A DNA stretch of 64,000 bases from the NCBI RefSeq assembly GCF_000143415.4, contig NW_003314290.1:731111-795110 (forward strand), given 5' to 3'. Of the stretch, positions 62,602-64,000 are shown one piece after another. This DNA comes from Selaginella moellendorffii. Its lineage: Eukaryota; Plantae; Lycopodiophyta. The first letter of the stretch is position 1; each line of letters opens with the position of its first letter. Under the pieces are notes generated by a model that worked only from the letters and a program-made list of their open reading frames with translations, did no database searches and was not told the origin of the DNA. The position numbers were made by a program, and so were the translations under genes.

Positions 62602-63386
62602 GTTCGCGGGGCCTTACGAAATTGAGGCACGAATCGGTAAAGTGGTTTACTATCTCCGACTTCCTCAAGAGATAGGGAAGTTGCACCCAATGTTCCACGT
62701 GAACTTACTCAAGTTGTACTTTGAGGATCTGCTTCGCAAGAACCAAGTAAGACCCTTACCTGAGGTTATCCAAGGGGAAGAAAAATACGAAGTGGAAGCC
62801 ATCCTTAATGCGTGCAAGAGCAAGTGATAAGGATGCGAGGTGAGAGAGTTCTATGTGAAATGAAAAGGATTTCCACACTGCGAAGCAATATGGGAACCAA
62901 AGGAGAACCTAGCGAACACATGAGATCTAGTGGAGGAATTTTTGCATGGCAGAACTCTATGTACTTATGCAAAGTTCAATTAAAAAGTATCAATTTGTGA
63001 AGTTGAACAATGGTATATGTTGGGACCCGAAGGCACGCCAAAGGTAAGCTAATTAGCATGGGTTAGCTAGGTCGACTAGGCATAGAGAACTACACCCGAC
63101 TCCCCACAGGGATGTTGAATCCGTAGGCGTATTCTACAGAGGTTGGGTTCGAGTCCCAACCCCCTAGTAAAGTAAGGCTAGGTTCAAGTCTCAACCCCAT
63201 ACTAGGGCATGGTGAGGTGAGGGGTATAGGGACACCTATATTCCGTTGTTATGGGCTCTTGGCTAGGGAGGCTAACTTAGGCACACTACTAAGTGGGGGG
63301 ATGCCCCCGAAGACATGATCAACAAGTCATAGGATAAAAAGAGACGTTCGATGTGGGCATCGAACTACTTCTATGGGTGGTGGAGT

Positions 63387-63797
63387 TGTAAGGAACCAAC
63401 TCCCCGAGGTGTCGTAGGCTAAAGGATCCCCGAAAGCATGACCGAAATGACAAAGAGTTCATCGGATGGGACCAAGTCTGAGATCAAGTCCAAGACCGAC
63501 TCTAAGACCGAGTTCGAGATAGAGTCCGGAATCGAGTTCGAGGCCGACTCGGAGACCGAGTTCGAGACTGAGTTCGAGACGGAGTCCAAAATCCGAGATC
63601 GAGTCCGAGACCAAGTCCGAGGTCGAGTCCGAAATCGAGTCCGAGATCAGGTCCGAGATCGGGTCCGAGAGCGAGTCCAAGACCGAGTCCAAAGTCGGGT
63701 CCGAGATCGAGTCCGAGACCGAGTCCGAGTACTAATACAAGTCAAGGGGTGAAAGCCCAAAGCATGCGTCTCCCGAGGGGGGGGGGGGGGGGGGGGG
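63387..63797 (+). mobile_element. 3' LTR (partial; readable up to the poly-G tract), preceded by a PPT
   Basis: GGGTGGTGGAG at 63375-63385, then TGTAAGGAACCAACTCCCCGAGG; contains the GAGTCCGAGATC array. Confidence 0.92.
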
Positions 63798-64000
63798 CCG
63801 GGGGCCATCCTCAACTCCTTTCTTTTTCCCTCTTATTTACTCATTCTTATTCTTCATTTCTTTTTATTTCTTATCTTGTTTTCTCATTTTCCTACTATAT
63901 TTTTGTTTCCTTTTCCTTTAGCCACCTCTCTTACTTCATTTTTTTCCATATCCTCCTTTTTCTTTCACGTCATTTCTCTTCTTCACTATTCTCCTCCTTT

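Larger units (their letters stand above)
58225..62985 (+). pseudogene. Decayed gag-pol of a chromodomain Ty3/gypsy element (gag-ZnK-PR-RT-RH-IN-chromo)
   Basis: Gag, decayed zinc knuckle, protease LIDTGAS, RT YIDD, RNase H DASDF, integrase (MDFIT, TAYHPQT/DGQTERVN, FAGPY) and chromodomain (YEVEAIL...FYVK-KGFPHCEAIWEPKENL); scattered stops and frameshifts. Confidence 0.94.

Noticed and set aside
63798-64000. C/T-rich tail replacing the rest of the 3' LTR
   Set aside because: Starts right after poly-G and resembles failed base-calling; not interpreted as an insertion.

Overview
Plant nuclear DNA. It is most consistent with the lycophyte Selaginella (inferred from very compact genes, mostly 50-80 nt introns, GC-rich exons and 100-N scaffold gaps). 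Two gene-dense islands alternate with AT-rich transposon-derived blocks. Island 1 (10.6-21.6 kb) holds a LysM-GPI protein, an orphan ORF, tyrosine aminotransferase, farnesylcysteine lyase, an SMP-30-like propeller and a CCX exchanger. Island 2 (36.6-53.3 kb) holds GPN2/QQT1, an orphan gene, a germin-like gene, tRNA-Cys, a SWSAP1-like ATPase, cytochrome b5, an HLS1-like GNAT, a candidate MIRNA, ICP55, a pectate lyase-like gene and NDUFB8. The TE blocks contain LTRs and a solo LTR, a truncated gypsy element, a fold-back element, a Helitron remnant with RPA1, and captured gene fragments. A P-class PPR gene runs off the left edge. The most striking observation is a chromodomain Ty3/gypsy element at 57.25-63.8 kb. 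Its integrase is interrupted by two ~50-nt intron-like inserts sitting inside conserved motifs (HPQT^DGQTE, a clean GT..AG insert, and KLTQR^FAGPY). A third candidate intron at the gag/protease junction would give a Gag-only mRNA if spliced. Together these suggest an LTR retrotransposon that needs splicing to make integrase yet keeps the introns in its DNA. Other leads are an intact, very AT-rich secreted orphan-domain/B-lectin ORF in a TE desert, a strand-specific pre-miRNA-like hairpin, an AT-AC (U12) intron, and a PMEI-like/pectate lyase fusion lacking two Ca2+-binding aspartates.
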